DNA of 41,648 nucleotides from Limisphaerales bacterium (GTDB lineage Bacteria; Verrucomicrobiota; Verrucomicrobiia; Limisphaerales; SIBE01): the NCBI GenBank assembly GCA_044225505.1, contig JBGAIN010000062.1, forward strand, positions 1-41,648. The letters run 5' to 3'. The notes beneath the pieces were generated by a model. That model did not search any database and was not told the DNA's origin. It worked only from the letters and a program-made list of their open reading frames with translations. Shown in pieces: positions 20,818-31,569 of this stretch (positions are counted from its first letter, which is position 1; every line of letters starts with the position of its first letter). The position numbers were made by a program, and so were the translations under genes.

Positions 20818-22179
20818 GTGAGCACGACCCGGTTAAACCGAAGACAGTTCTTAACCGCCGCATCAACCCTAGCGGCGTTCTCCATCGTCCCGCGACACGT
20901 CGTCGCTGGTAGCGGACAGCTCGCTCCGAGCGAGAAAATGAACATTGGCTGCGTCGGCGTCGGGGGTATGCAAGGGGCCAGCGACGTTCGGGGGGTCAGT
21001 AGTGAGAACATCTACGCCTTGTGCGACGTCGACCTGACGCAAATGGAGAAAACCGGGGCGAAATATCCAGCGGCCAAGCGTTATCGTGATTTTCGGGAAA
21101 TGCTCGATAAGGAACAGAAGAACCTCCACGGAATTACCATCACAATCCCGGACCACATGCACGCGACAGTCGCGCTTTGGGCCATGGAACGGGGTATCGC
21201 CGTGCACTGTCAGAAGCCGCTTACGCAGTCGGTTTGGGAAGCCCGTTTGTTGACCAATGCGGCGAAGAAATATCGGGTGGTGACGCAGATGGGGAATCAA
21301 GGCTACTCCGCCGTGGCTACTCGTGTTGCGTGTGAGGTGATTTGGCATGGGGATCTGGGTGACATTACGGAGGTGCACTCCATGAGCGCCGGGGGATTTG
21401 CGCGAGGGACGACCGAATGGCCCGCGACCGAACCCGTCCCCGAGACACTCAACTGGGATCTATGGACTGGCCGGGCGGCGGAACATGCTTATAGTTCCAA
21501 GATTCATCCTTCGAATTGGCGCGGCTTCCTCGAGTATGGCACCCAGATGATCGGCGATTGGGGCATCCATCAACTTGGGCCGGCCAATTGGGCGTTGCAG
21601 TTGGGGAGTCCTGTCAGCGTTGAATGCCTGGCGGTGGAGGGAGTCAACCCCGTGACTTATCCCAGTTATTCGTGCAAGCTGCAGTTTCCCGAACGTCCCA
21701 ATCCGTATGTCCCGTCCGGCAAAATGCCCCCGGTCGCCATCTATTGGTATGAAGGGACGCTGGCACAGAGTTTCAAGATTCCCCAAGGATTGACGGCCGA
21801 GGACATGAAAGGTCAGAACGAGCTTTTCGTCGGCACAAAAGGTTTTATGGGGACGGGCGGGCGCGGGGAGAGCGTCCGAATGATCCCGGAAGCGAAGTGG
21901 GAAGATTACAAGAATCCGGATCCCGTGCTAAAACGTTCTCCTGGGCATTTCCAGGATTGGATCCGCGCCTGCAAGGGGGGCGAGCCAGCTTGCTCGAACT
22001 TCAGCATTGCGGGGCCGTATGCCGAATGGATGTTGCTGGGCGCTATCTGCTGGCGTTTTCCGAACGAAAAACTTCTTTGGGACGCGGCGAATCTGCGGTT
22101 CACGAACAACGAAAAGGCCAACGAGTTTGTAAAGCCTCGGTTCCGGAAAGGATGGGAGCTCCCTGAGCTTCCAGCATAA
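20818..22179 (+). CDS. Tat-exported Gfo/Idh/MocA family oxidoreductase
   Basis: NRRQFL Tat motif; IGCVGVGG; TIPDHMHA; HCQKPL; TQMGNQG; GDWGIH. Confidence 0.93.
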   Translation: MSTTRLNRRQFLTAASTLAAFSIVPRHVVAGSGQLAPSEKMNIGCVGVGGMQGASDVRGVSSENIYALCDVDLTQMEKTGAKYPAAKRYRDFREMLDKEQKNLHGITITIPDHMHATVALWAMERGIAVHCQKPLTQSVWEARLLTNAAKKYRVVTQMGNQGYSAVATRVACEVIWHGDLGDITEVHSMSAGGFARGTTEWPATEPVPETLNWDLWTGRAAEHAYSSKIHPSNWRGFLEYGTQMIGDWGIHQLGPANWALQLGSPVSVECLAVEGVNPVTYPSYSCKLQFPERPNPYVPSGKMPPVAIYWYEGTLAQSFKIPQGLTAEDMKGQNELFVGTKGFMGTGGRGESVRMIPEAKWEDYKNPDPVLKRSPGHFQDWIRACKGGEPACSNFSIAGPYAEWMLLGAICWRFPNEKLLWDAANLRFTNNEKANEFVKPRFRKGWELPELPA

Positions 22180-22213
22180 TTGCGGCATTAAGACCGTAGC
22201 GATCGAGAATCCC

Positions 22214-23215
22214 ATGTCGCTTAAAGTTGCGGTCACCGCACCCGAGTACAAGAAAGCCGAGCAGATCTTCGCCTGGGCCAACGCCGAGGATTGCCAGTGC
22301 CTGGCAGTCCCGAATGACGAACAACTCTTGGCCGCGGAACTCCGTCAACAGGGCATTCATCACGTCATTGTTGGGATCACGCCGTATCGTGGACCTTTGT
22401 ACGAAGCGTTGGGACCTGGAGGCGTCGTTGCCCGTTTTGGCGTTGGGCATGATAGCCTCGACAAAGGGTTGGCCACCGCGCGAGGCGTCCTATGCACGAA
22501 TACTCCAGGTGTCTTGGATGATTCAGTCGCGGAACACACGCTCGGATTGATTCTTGCCCTGGCGCGGCATGTGCAGCCTCAGTCCACTCGACTGTTTCAC
22601 GGAGAGTGGGCGCCTCAGGTTGGAATCGAACTTAAAGGCAAGACTCTGGCTGTCTTGGGATGCGGCGGGATCGGTCGGCGCGTTGCCCAAATCGCCTCCC
22701 GGGGATTTGGCATGTCCGTGGTCGGATTCAAGAAGACCCCAAGCCAGTCCTGCGAACTTCAAGAGCAGTTTGGGTTTAACCGAATTGTCACGGATTTCGA
22801 GGAGGCTATGCGCGACGCGGATTTCGTGAGTCTGCATTTGCCCAGCACGCCCGAGACACGGCATTTCCTGAATCGCTCGCGCCTCGCGGCCCTGCCGGTG
22901 GGATCGTTTCTGATCAATACGGCGCGAGGAGCGTTGGTGGATGAGATCGCATTGTTCGATGCCTTGTCCAGCGGGAGGATTGCGGGGGCCGCGCTCGACG
23001 TCTTTGAACAGGAGCCTTATCAGCCTGGAGCGGGGGGCAAGGATCTACGCGGTCTGGCCAATGTCCTGCTAACGCCGCACTGCGGCAGTAGCACGCGCGA
23101 AGCTTGCGATCGGATGGCTCAGCGAGCTCTTCGGAACGTGCAGTTGGCCATTGCGGGCAGGTTTGCGGAAATGGATCTGCTCAATCCCGACGTGTTGCAG
23201 CGCGTCCAAAGCTGA
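22214..23215 (+). CDS. D-isomer-specific 2-hydroxyacid dehydrogenase (phosphoglycerate dehydrogenase-like)
   Basis: RFGVGHD, NTPG, GKTLAVLGCGGIG, LINTARG, AALDVFEQEP and TPHCGS. Confidence 0.92.
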   Translation: MSLKVAVTAPEYKKAEQIFAWANAEDCQCLAVPNDEQLLAAELRQQGIHHVIVGITPYRGPLYEALGPGGVVARFGVGHDSLDKGLATARGVLCTNTPGVLDDSVAEHTLGLILALARHVQPQSTRLFHGEWAPQVGIELKGKTLAVLGCGGIGRRVAQIASRGFGMSVVGFKKTPSQSCELQEQFGFNRIVTDFEEAMRDADFVSLHLPSTPETRHFLNRSRLAALPVGSFLINTARGALVDEIALFDALSSGRIAGAALDVFEQEPYQPGAGGKDLRGLANVLLTPHCGSSTREACDRMAQRALRNVQLAIAGRFAEMDLLNPDVLQRVQS

Positions 23216-23595
23216 ACTACTCAATCGTGAGCCAGGCAGCGCGGCACGCGGGAACTATCCCTCAAACCTTCTGCGACCGTCCCGCCGTCCGGGGCGTGGG
23301 AACTAACCGAACCGTCAAAGATACAGACCCTATTTCCGAATCGGAGAGTCAGGCCGCGATCGTGCGGTGCGGAAACAAGGAGCGCCATCGTTCAGTCCGG
23401 GGCGAATGGTGGATTCTCGCAGGCACTGTTCTTGGCGATGCGAGCCGCAAGCGCGGGACCGGGCGATTCATGGGGCCTTGCTTTCGGCAGGCCAGACCGT
23501 TGGAGCTCCCTAAAACTCGCTGTTGCGGATGGTACCTAAAGCCAAGAGACTGCCCCAGCTGTCCAGATCAAGATCCTCTGGGAACCGGCCTTGAA

Positions 23596-25092
23596 TTAGC
23601 TGCTGAACAATTCGGTGATCGGCTTCCCGAGCGCGTCACGGGTCACGTAGAACGGACGTTTCTCGATTTCGTAAGCGAGCTTCGGCGAAATGCCCATCGC
23701 TTGAAATAACGTGGCGTGCAAATCTTCAATCACCACGCGTTTCTCCAACGTCTTGCAGGGACGTTCCTCCGCGGTAATGCCATGCAGGTGACCCTTCTTG
23801 ATGCCTCCGCCGAACAGTAGCACGCAGCCCGCATCTGTGAAATGGCGATGCATTCCGAAGTGTTTCTCGCTCTGAATGGTGTCGGGAACTTCCACCTGGT
23901 CTTTGACCGTCTTGTCTGGCTTCCCTTCAATCAGGGCATCCCGGCTGAACTCGCTGGCCAGGACAATCAACGTCCTGTTGAGCAGTCCCCGGGCTTCCAG
24001 ATCGAGCACCAATTGTGAGATCGCACCGTCGATTTGCGACTTCATGTCGACCAGTTTGGCGTGACCGTTTTCATGCGTATCCCAATTCAGGAATGGGATG
24101 TACTCGGTCGTTACTTCGATGTACCGGGCGCCCACTTCGGCCAAGCGGCGTGCCAGCAAACAGCCCAGCCCAAAACGCCCTCCGTTCTGACGCTCGTAAT
24201 TCCCATCGCGTGTAAACGAAGAGATCGAAGCCACCTTTTCAGGATCGACGCCAGGCGGCAGGTATTTGGCCAGATTCTCGCGCGGTTCCAGGGTTAAATC
24301 GAACGCCTTGGCCGCGGGCGAACTAAGCAGTCGATGCGCATTGTCGAGCGAGCGCAAGAGGCTTTCCTTTTGATAGTCACTTCCCAAATCGCCGATCGGA
24401 CTCTTCGCGAGCAGCTTTTTGTAAAATCGATTTCGGTCTTCAAACCGACCTGGACTCATCCCGCCGGGCGGACGGACCGCATCCGCGGCCTGGTCAGGGT
24501 AGGGGATGTTGAAGGGCCCATATTCGCTGCCCAAAAAGCCTGCGGTGGTAAACGCTTTAAGCTCCTCGCCTTCGCCCACGTCAAAGCGCTGGCCGATGTT
24601 GATAAACGCGGGCACGGCCGGGTTGAGTGGTCCCAAGGTGCGCGAGATCACAGATCCGATATGAGGTGCCGCGACGGTTTGCGGAGGGGCATACCCTGTG
24701 TGCCATTGAAACTGGTGCCGCGAGTGGAGTATGAATCCCAGATCGCCCGCTGTGTAGCTGCGAATGAGTGTGCCGCGGTCCATGACACGGGCAAGTTTCT
24801 CCAATCCCTGCGAAAACTTAATTCCGTCCACCGCAGTATCAATGGCCGGAAAGGTACTGAGCATATCGTTCGGCTTCATTCCCTTTTCGAAAGGGTGATA
24901 CCGTTTGGGGTCGAACGTCTCGGTATGGGCCATGCCCCCGCCCATCCACAGCACGATGATCGTGTCAGCGCGGGCTTGGATCTTTTCCAATGCCTCATCC
25001 TGGGCGGAGGCGCGCGGATAGCCGGCGGCCAACGCCGAGAGTGTGGCTGCACTGGCGGTTTTGAGAAAGTCACGTCGATTCAACGTCTTCAT
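23596..25092 (-). CDS. DUF1501 domain protein (Tat-exported)
   Basis: NRRDFL Tat motif; IVLWMGGG..H.ETFDPK; FGLGCLLARRL.E.G; WDTH; SEFSR; GGGIKKG. Confidence 0.92.
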   Translation of the reverse strand: MKTLNRRDFLKTASAATLSALAAGYPRASAQDEALEKIQARADTIIVLWMGGGMAHTETFDPKRYHPFEKGMKPNDMLSTFPAIDTAVDGIKFSQGLEKLARVMDRGTLIRSYTAGDLGFILHSRHQFQWHTGYAPPQTVAAPHIGSVISRTLGPLNPAVPAFINIGQRFDVGEGEELKAFTTAGFLGSEYGPFNIPYPDQAADAVRPPGGMSPGRFEDRNRFYKKLLAKSPIGDLGSDYQKESLLRSLDNAHRLLSSPAAKAFDLTLEPRENLAKYLPPGVDPEKVASISSFTRDGNYERQNGGRFGLGCLLARRLAEVGARYIEVTTEYIPFLNWDTHENGHAKLVDMKSQIDGAISQLVLDLEARGLLNRTLIVLASEFSRDALIEGKPDKTVKDQVEVPDTIQSEKHFGMHRHFTDAGCVLLFGGGIKKGHLHGITAEERPCKTLEKRVVIEDLHATLFQAMGISPKLAYEIEKRPFYVTRDALGKPITELFSS

Positions 25093-25094
25093 GA

Positions 25095-27611
25095 TCAGTA
25101 AATCAGTTGGAATTCGGGCAGCATCGCGACGGTCCAGAGCAGATCCTCAATCCCTTCCGCCTTAGCCGGCGTTCCCACCAATGTTTCGGCTAACGTCAAT
25201 TCTTCCTGTTCGGGTTGACGCGACAACGCCTTCTGGAACAAGGATGTGATCAAATCGCGACTGGATAGCTTGGACTTGCCGAGCAGCTTCTCCGAGCCTT
25301 CTTTCAATTGGTCGGCGAACGTCTTGCCGTTGGTCATCTCGAGCGCTTGCAGCGTCGTTGCAGAACTGGCGCGCGCAGTCATGACCTGCTCCCGGTTCGG
25401 GCGGCCCAGCGCCGTCATGAGCGGATCGGCAGCCACGAGCGAGGCGCGGACGTGGCCGCTCAGGGACGCCGCAGACAAGACTTGCGCAAACTTCTTTTCC
25501 AGTCGCCAAGGGGCCATATCCGCAGATCCGAGTTCTGCCGCCGGCGCCCATTCGTCTCCTGCAATTCCGAGTTGTTCCCATCCGTCAACCTTCTCGGCCG
25601 ACCAGCGCCAGGAATCTCCGGTGCCAACATCCCAAACCCGGTGCGTCGGAAGCTCCTTGTCACGTGTTTCTTGACGGATTCGGAAATACGCAATCAGACC
25701 CGCGGGATTACTTTGGTCCGCCGCGGGACGGTCGGGAGCTCCGGCCCGGTTTACCGCGGTGAGGGCAAGGACATTCATCCCAGTGTGCAGCTGCGGGAGG
25801 ATATCGACCAGGGTAGGCTTGTTGTGATCCCCTCCCGATCCAACTTCCTTTCCGTTCACGTAGAGCTTGAAGCTGTTGTCGCAGGATACGACCGCGGCGG
25901 CGTGGGTCGGGAGTTCGGGAAGTCCAATCTCTCGTCGAAAATAAACCGTGGCAGGTCCCGCTTTCTCGGCGGCAGAGGCCTGACTCCAGATCCATCGGAG
26001 CCGTGCTGGGTTTTCGGTTGCCGCGAGCGCTGAACTCGCCACGCCTGCAGTGAAATCGGTTTCTTTACTCGCAGGAAGGTCATGCCAGACACCGGTGACT
26101 TCCGAGACCGCATCTTGGAACTGTTCAGCAGTCAGCCGCCGCACGAGAGGACCGTGAAAGACGAAATCCTTGGTCACGACTTCGGAAGCAGGCGAACTTT
26201 TCCGTTGATACGCTTCGGAGGTCAGAATCCGTTCCATCGTCTTCTTGAGGTCGTAACCATTTTCGACAAGATCCGCGGCGAGCCAGTCGAGGAGTTCCGG
26301 GTTCCAGGCGGGCTGCTCCATGTCATCAAGCGGTTCGACCAACCCGCGCCCCATAAACCTGGCCCAGAGACGATTGACGATCGTGCGGGAAAGTCGTCCG
26401 TTCTGTTTCTGGGTCATGAGCTCCGACAACCGTTTCATTCGTTCGGCTTTTGGGGCGGCTCCGTCGATGCTGCCAAGTTCAGGATATAGAAACTTAGTAA
26501 TCGCCTTTTTACCGGTCGGCTTGTCGCACTGCACCAGTTCCAAATCGCCATCTGCATAAACGCTTGCGAGCCCGTAAGCGTCGGCCAGCATCCAGTCGTT
26601 GATGAAGCTGTCATGGCAAGAAGCGCATTTCAGGTTCACGCCCATGAACACTTGCGAGATATTTTGCGCGGCTTGCATGGGAGGGGTCTGACTGGCGTTC
26701 ACCACACCTCGCCAGACAATGCCTTTGACAAATCCCTCCGCACCCGGCGGCGGATTGATCAATTGGGCGACGAACTTGTCGAAGGACAGGTTGTTCGCCA
26801 GGGCTCGGTAGAGCCACTCGGTAATCTGCTTTCGGCCTTCATCGATGTAGCCCGTGCCTTTGTAGTCGTTCCGAAGCAGATCATTCCAGAACGTCAACCA
26901 GTGCTGCGCATAGCGCGGATTGTCGCCTAATAAGCGCTTCACCAAACGCGCCCGTTTGTCTGCCCCGCGATCCGCGATGAATTGTTCCAACTCTTCCGGA
27001 GTCGGCAGCAACCCGATGACATCGAGATAGACGCGCCGGGCAAAGACCCGATCACTCACAGCTTCTTTCGGCACGATCGAATGATTAGCGTCGTAGGTTT
27101 TCAGCAACACATCGATCCCGTTGGAACCCGTCGCCGACGGCCCAACCGCAATCTTTGTTTCCGGAGGCTGCAGATTGATCGGAGGCACTCGTCCGAAGCT
27201 CACTCCCTCTTGCCACGCCAAGCCCTGATCAATCCAAGCACGTAAAATCGCTACCTGATCCCGCGTAAGTTTTGAACCCTTCTGCGGCATTACGTTTTCA
27301 GGATCCAAGCCGGACACCATCTCGATCAGGGAACTTTCTCCGCTCTTCCCGAGCACCACCGCCGCACCCGAGTCGCCTCCGTGCAGAAGGGTTTCGCGGG
27401 TATCCAGTTTGAACCCGCCTTTGGCTTTGCCGCGACCGTGGCATTTGACACAACTCGTTTCGAGAATCGGTTTGACCTCGCGGCCGAAGTCGATCGGATG
27501 CGGAGCTGGGGCGGGAAGCTTCGCGGCTTGTTCCGGTGTCAGCTTGGCCATCGCTGGCGTTCGACTGGACCAAAGTAATAGCAGCGCCAAAAGGCACAGA
27601 AACTGGTTCAT
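25095..27611 (-). CDS. Planctomycete cytochrome c (PSCyt1) + DUF1549 + DUF1553 protein with inserted beta-sandwich domain
   Basis: DFGREVKPILETSCVKCHG heme motif; RRVYLDVIGLLPT; CASCHD; IVNRLWARFMGRGLV; RRLTAEQ; insert RWIW...YFRREI...SCDNSFKLYVNG. Confidence 0.92.
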   Translation of the reverse strand: MNQFLCLLALLLLWSSRTPAMAKLTPEQAAKLPAPAPHPIDFGREVKPILETSCVKCHGRGKAKGGFKLDTRETLLHGGDSGAAVVLGKSGESSLIEMVSGLDPENVMPQKGSKLTRDQVAILRAWIDQGLAWQEGVSFGRVPPINLQPPETKIAVGPSATGSNGIDVLLKTYDANHSIVPKEAVSDRVFARRVYLDVIGLLPTPEELEQFIADRGADKRARLVKRLLGDNPRYAQHWLTFWNDLLRNDYKGTGYIDEGRKQITEWLYRALANNLSFDKFVAQLINPPPGAEGFVKGIVWRGVVNASQTPPMQAAQNISQVFMGVNLKCASCHDSFINDWMLADAYGLASVYADGDLELVQCDKPTGKKAITKFLYPELGSIDGAAPKAERMKRLSELMTQKQNGRLSRTIVNRLWARFMGRGLVEPLDDMEQPAWNPELLDWLAADLVENGYDLKKTMERILTSEAYQRKSSPASEVVTKDFVFHGPLVRRLTAEQFQDAVSEVTGVWHDLPASKETDFTAGVASSALAATENPARLRWIWSQASAAEKAGPATVYFRREIGLPELPTHAAAVVSCDNSFKLYVNGKEVGSGGDHNKPTLVDILPQLHTGMNVLALTAVNRAGAPDRPAADQSNPAGLIAYFRIRQETRDKELPTHRVWDVGTGDSWRWSAEKVDGWEQLGIAGDEWAPAAELGSADMAPWRLEKKFAQVLSAASLSGHVRASLVAADPLMTALGRPNREQVMTARASSATTLQALEMTNGKTFADQLKEGSEKLLGKSKLSSRDLITSLFQKALSRQPEQEELTLAETLVGTPAKAEGIEDLLWTVAMLPEFQLIY

Positions 27612-27833
27612 TCCGCCAGCTAAGTTAGTGCACTATCGAAAAAGATACAGTCCAAATTCCACGAGAGTTCCGGTCCGGGTCTGGCTAAAACCAGGTGAGA
27701 TTACGGACCACGATTGTGTCCGGAGCCCCGCCGCAGTTGCAAACCAACGAAGGTGGATTTTGCCTTTCGCATACTCGTCCTTGATATTTTGGCGGCTGTA
27801 TTCCACTTTGTCCCGCTGACTTGGAACGTCTTA

Positions 27834-28201
27834 TGGGATTTGATTCATTGACGAAACGGGGCAATGGCCTTGCCTGGAGCCTCACTCTTGTTCCCGTTCT
27901 GAGCCTGGCCGCTTTCTACTCCTTCGTCCTTCGCGCCCGATGGGCTATCGGCCATTGGCCAACCTACAATCACCCAGACCCGAAGTTGCTCGGCTTTCAG
28001 TTCCATCATGTGGCAGTCACCCTGCTCATGGTTGTCCTTCCTGTCGCTGGCCTCGTCGCTCTGGGGTATCTGGGAGCGACGTTACGCCAGCCTTCGCGGC
28101 AGTCTAAGTCGATGAGATGGGCCATGATCGCCCTTTTCGGCCTCGCTGTCGTTCTCTGGACCGCGGACCCGGGCGGCTTCGTTAACTGGTTCGCGGACTG
28201 A
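27834..28201 (+). CDS. Hypothetical membrane protein (about 3 TM)
   Basis: ORF 27821..28201 has three hydrophobic segments and ends in DPGGFVNWFAD. The true start is uncertain and the left coordinate is approximate. Confidence 0.65.
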
Positions 28202-28380
28202 TTCTCGAACTTCTCGCCGAAATCGATCCGGCAAAGTATCGGCGCTGGATCACTCCGATCATTTGCTGCGCAGTGTGTCTTTGACCCACGTTTCATCGAA
28301 GCATTGTTTCGCACTCTCAACCGCGGCCTAACCCGGGTTTTACCTTGAAGCGGTGAGACGTTTCCCGACACTCCTTAGGT

Positions 28381-30555
28381 ATGAAGCCAATCGTCGTAAC
28401 GTTCTTAAGTCTGCTCACCCTGCCGCTGTTGGCGGCCGCCGCGGAATTGGCGCCGGCGTTTCCTCTGGACCCCCTTCAATCCCTGGAACGGACCTGCTTC
28501 CAGACCGGACAAGCCACGAGCCCGAATGGCAACCTCCGTTCTGACGTTGCTATTGTTTATGGCATCGACCCTGGGCTGCCGCAACGGATCCAAACCTGGC
28601 GCGACCGTGGCTATCGCATTCACGTCATGACGGGAGTTTCCTGGGGGCATTATCAAGACTACCTTTACGGTCGGTTCGATGGCACGAATCACGAGGACGA
28701 AGCTCAAACCGATCGCCGCGGAAAGAAGATTAGCCATGGCGGCGATGTCTATTACATGTCGCCCGGGACGAATTACGGCAAGTTTTTGAGTGTGGGGGTG
28801 CAGCGTGCCTTGGATGCCGGCGCTGAAGCTATTCACCTGGAAGAACCTGAATTCTGGGTCCGCGCTGGATATTCCGAAGGTTTCAAGCGGGAGTGGCGAG
28901 AGTATTTTCATGAAGAGTGGCAGCCGCCGCATGGGAGTGTAGAAGCGCAGTGGAGGGCCTCGAAGCTCAAGTATTACCTCTATGGCCGCGCCCTTCAGCA
29001 GGTGTTCGATTATGTCCAGGCTTACAATCAACAGAACGGCAAGAATGTGCGGTGTTATGTGCCCACCCATAGCCTTTTGAACTACGCCCACTGGCGCATT
29101 GTCAGCCCCGAATCCAGCCTCGCTCGACTCAAAGGGTGTGACGGCTACATCGCGCAGGTGTGGACGGGCACCTCTCGCACGCCGAACGTCTACCGTGGCC
29201 AACTGCGTGAGCGCACTTTTGAAACGGCGTTTCTTGAATACGGTGCCATGCAAAATCTCGTTCGTTCCACCGGTCGGACGGTCTGGTACTTGAACGATCC
29301 GATTGAAGATGACCCCAAGCACGACTGGGAAGATTACCGCGTGAATTGGGAATCCACCTTGGTCGCTTCGCTCTTTCAGCCCGACGTTTGGAGGTACGAA
29401 GTGGCTCCCTGGCCCGAGCGGGTTTTCGGCGGTCGCTATCCGGCGGGCAGCCCAAATCCGCAGTCGATTCCGCCTGCTTACGCCACGGAATTGCAGACCG
29501 TGATGCACACGCTTAACGATCTCAAGCAGGACGAGGTCGAGTGGGACTGTGGAACTCCTGGCATTGGTATTCTCGTGAGTGATTCACTGATGTTTCAGCG
29601 CGGTGAACCGACACCGAGCGACTCGCACATGAGCCAGCTCTACGGAATTGCGTTGCCTCTTCTGAAACGTGGGATGCCCATTACCCCTGTGCAACTGGAG
29701 AATGCCACCGTCCCAGGATACTTAAACTCGTTCAAAGCTCTGCTCCTCACTTATACGGGCATGAAACCGCTCAGCCCGGACGTGCACCCGCCCATTGTGG
29801 AATGGATCCAGGCTGGAGGTCACCTCGTGGTGGTCGATGACGATCAGGACCCTTACCATCGCGTTCGGGAGTGGTGGAACACCGGACCGATGAACTATGG
29901 CAGTCCAAGGGAACATCTCTTCAGTCTCCTGCCATTGTCGCTAGAAGCAAGAAACCTTCTGCAATCGGGCGAGCCCCAGAAAGTCGGTGCGGGTAGCGTG
30001 GTTTGGATCCGAAAGAATCCCGCGACCTTGGCGGCGAGTTCAGAAGGCGACGCTTTTCTCACCCAATCATTGCATGACGTTTTCCAGCGAGCCGCACTCA
30101 AGTGGCGCGTCACGAATTACCTTTTGCTGCGCCGCGGCCCTTACCTCATCGGCGCGGGTCTCGATGAATCGAGCGACACTACCCCTCGGACGATCCAAGG
30201 CCGATTTGTCAGTCTTTTCGACCCCGAATTGCGCGTGCGCCAGAGCGTGGAGTTGACGCCTCGCGGGCGATTCTTCTTGCTCGATCTGGATCGGAAACAG
30301 TCCGGCCGCGCGTCCGTGCTCGCCGCTGCCTGCAAGACACTGCCGCTGGCCAACAGCAACGGAACTACTTGGACGGTCGAGGGCGTCGCGCGGACCCCCG
30401 CGGTTGTCCTCTTTGACTTGCCGCACAAACCCCAAAGCGTCCGCTTGGATGGCCAGCCCCTCGATCAGTGGGTTTATTCCGAAGCGGATCACTTGCTTTG
30501 GGTCCGCTTCGAAAACGAATCGCGCCCGCGTCACCTAACACTCGAGGGTTTATGA
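28381..30555 (+). CDS. Secreted uncharacterised protein, possible glycoside hydrolase (TIM barrel + class I GATase-like domain)
   Basis: Signal peptide; 724 aa, W/Y-rich; AIHLEEPEFW; later LLLTY...WIQAGGHLVV resembles the GH42-type trimerisation domain. Confidence 0.6.
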   Translation: MKPIVVTFLSLLTLPLLAAAAELAPAFPLDPLQSLERTCFQTGQATSPNGNLRSDVAIVYGIDPGLPQRIQTWRDRGYRIHVMTGVSWGHYQDYLYGRFDGTNHEDEAQTDRRGKKISHGGDVYYMSPGTNYGKFLSVGVQRALDAGAEAIHLEEPEFWVRAGYSEGFKREWREYFHEEWQPPHGSVEAQWRASKLKYYLYGRALQQVFDYVQAYNQQNGKNVRCYVPTHSLLNYAHWRIVSPESSLARLKGCDGYIAQVWTGTSRTPNVYRGQLRERTFETAFLEYGAMQNLVRSTGRTVWYLNDPIEDDPKHDWEDYRVNWESTLVASLFQPDVWRYEVAPWPERVFGGRYPAGSPNPQSIPPAYATELQTVMHTLNDLKQDEVEWDCGTPGIGILVSDSLMFQRGEPTPSDSHMSQLYGIALPLLKRGMPITPVQLENATVPGYLNSFKALLLTYTGMKPLSPDVHPPIVEWIQAGGHLVVVDDDQDPYHRVREWWNTGPMNYGSPREHLFSLLPLSLEARNLLQSGEPQKVGAGSVVWIRKNPATLAASSEGDAFLTQSLHDVFQRAALKWRVTNYLLLRRGPYLIGAGLDESSDTTPRTIQGRFVSLFDPELRVRQSVELTPRGRFFLLDLDRKQSGRASVLAAACKTLPLANSNGTTWTVEGVARTPAVVLFDLPHKPQSVRLDGQPLDQWVYSEADHLLWVRFENESRPRHLTLEGL

Positions 30556-30654
30556 CAATTCAGGCCCGGGTGCGTTTCCGATTCTTTTCGGATCGGTACG
30601 AATCCTCTCCACGTCCGGACGAACAATCTCTTGAGTGGTAGGGAAACCTTGTCG

Positions 30655-31473
30655 CTAATTAGTGACGCCGGCTGTCCAGCGTGTCAGACGACGGAAGATC
30701 TCCAGGTTGTCCTGGCCCTGAATCACGTTCCCGCCGGCGCCCTCGTCGTTGAGCGCCCAATTTGCGATCCAACCCGAATCGGTCACGATGGCAATCCGGC
30801 CTTTTCCCGGCTGGGCCGTGGCGAGTAAAACGCCTGGCTGATCCCGTGTGCCGTTGATGGGCGGTTGGCCCAGATCATTCATTACCAGAGCTTGCGGGCG
30901 AGCGCGGTGGGAGCGATCGATCAAGAGCAGGTTCCCGCTGTAGTAAGCCCAGCGCAAACCACCGATCAACGGCGTTTCGCGCGGCAAGACCAATCTCTTG
31001 GCGTCGGTGCAGAGGTTGAGAGCGGTGATTCCGAACCGCGCGAGCAGGCGGTTAAATTCTCGCACTTCCAGGTTATGATTCTCTTGGTTCTCCATGACGA
31101 TCAAGCCGCCACCATTCTCCACAAAATTGGTCAGCACGCCGATGTCGGTCTCTGAGATATGTGGCGGGGCTGCGTTTGTCCCGAAGGCCTGGTCGCTCGG
31201 GTTACAGATGAGCAGCAATTTTACAGAGCTAAGCAACGCCGGGGTGATCGGGTCGGCGTTAACCCGCACATCGAAGCTTTCCCCCAGGCTTTGCAGGACT
31301 TGACTGTAGACTCCGTCCGGAGCGTAGCGGTTCTCGCCGACCGCATTGTAGTGCCGGCTGTAGAGCAAGACCGGTTTGGCAGAAGAGGGTTCAGCAGCTC
31401 GTCCGTTGCTTTGGGCCAATCCCATCACGCACGCGACGCTCCACCACAGGATAGTTTGTTGCCAACCTTGCAT
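30655..31473 (-). CDS. Secreted class I glutamine amidotransferase-like (DUF4350/GATase1-like) protein
   Basis: Signal peptide; LLLICNP, FVENGGGLIVM, N.LLARFGI, GKGRIAIVTDS and DNLE.F. Confidence 0.7.
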   Translation of the reverse strand: MQGWQQTILWWSVACVMGLAQSNGRAAEPSSAKPVLLYSRHYNAVGENRYAPDGVYSQVLQSLGESFDVRVNADPITPALLSSVKLLLICNPSDQAFGTNAAPPHISETDIGVLTNFVENGGGLIVMENQENHNLEVREFNRLLARFGITALNLCTDAKRLVLPRETPLIGGLRWAYYSGNLLLIDRSHRARPQALVMNDLGQPPINGTRDQPGVLLATAQPGKGRIAIVTDSGWIANWALNDEGAGGNVIQGQDNLEIFRRLTRWTAGVTN

Positions 31474-31569
31474 ACCCTTCTTTTCTATCGCCGAAGCTTA
31501 TTTGGCCAGTGAATTTCGCGAGCAACTATTTTGACGGCCGATGGGGCACGTTTCGAGGACAGCAAACCG

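Noticed and set aside
23104..23709. 201-aa ORF or ncRNA between convergent genes
   Set aside because: Overlaps both neighbours, and no RNA family motif was recognised.
28405..29508. 367-aa minus-strand ORF
   Set aside because: Antisense to the 724-aa secreted protein.
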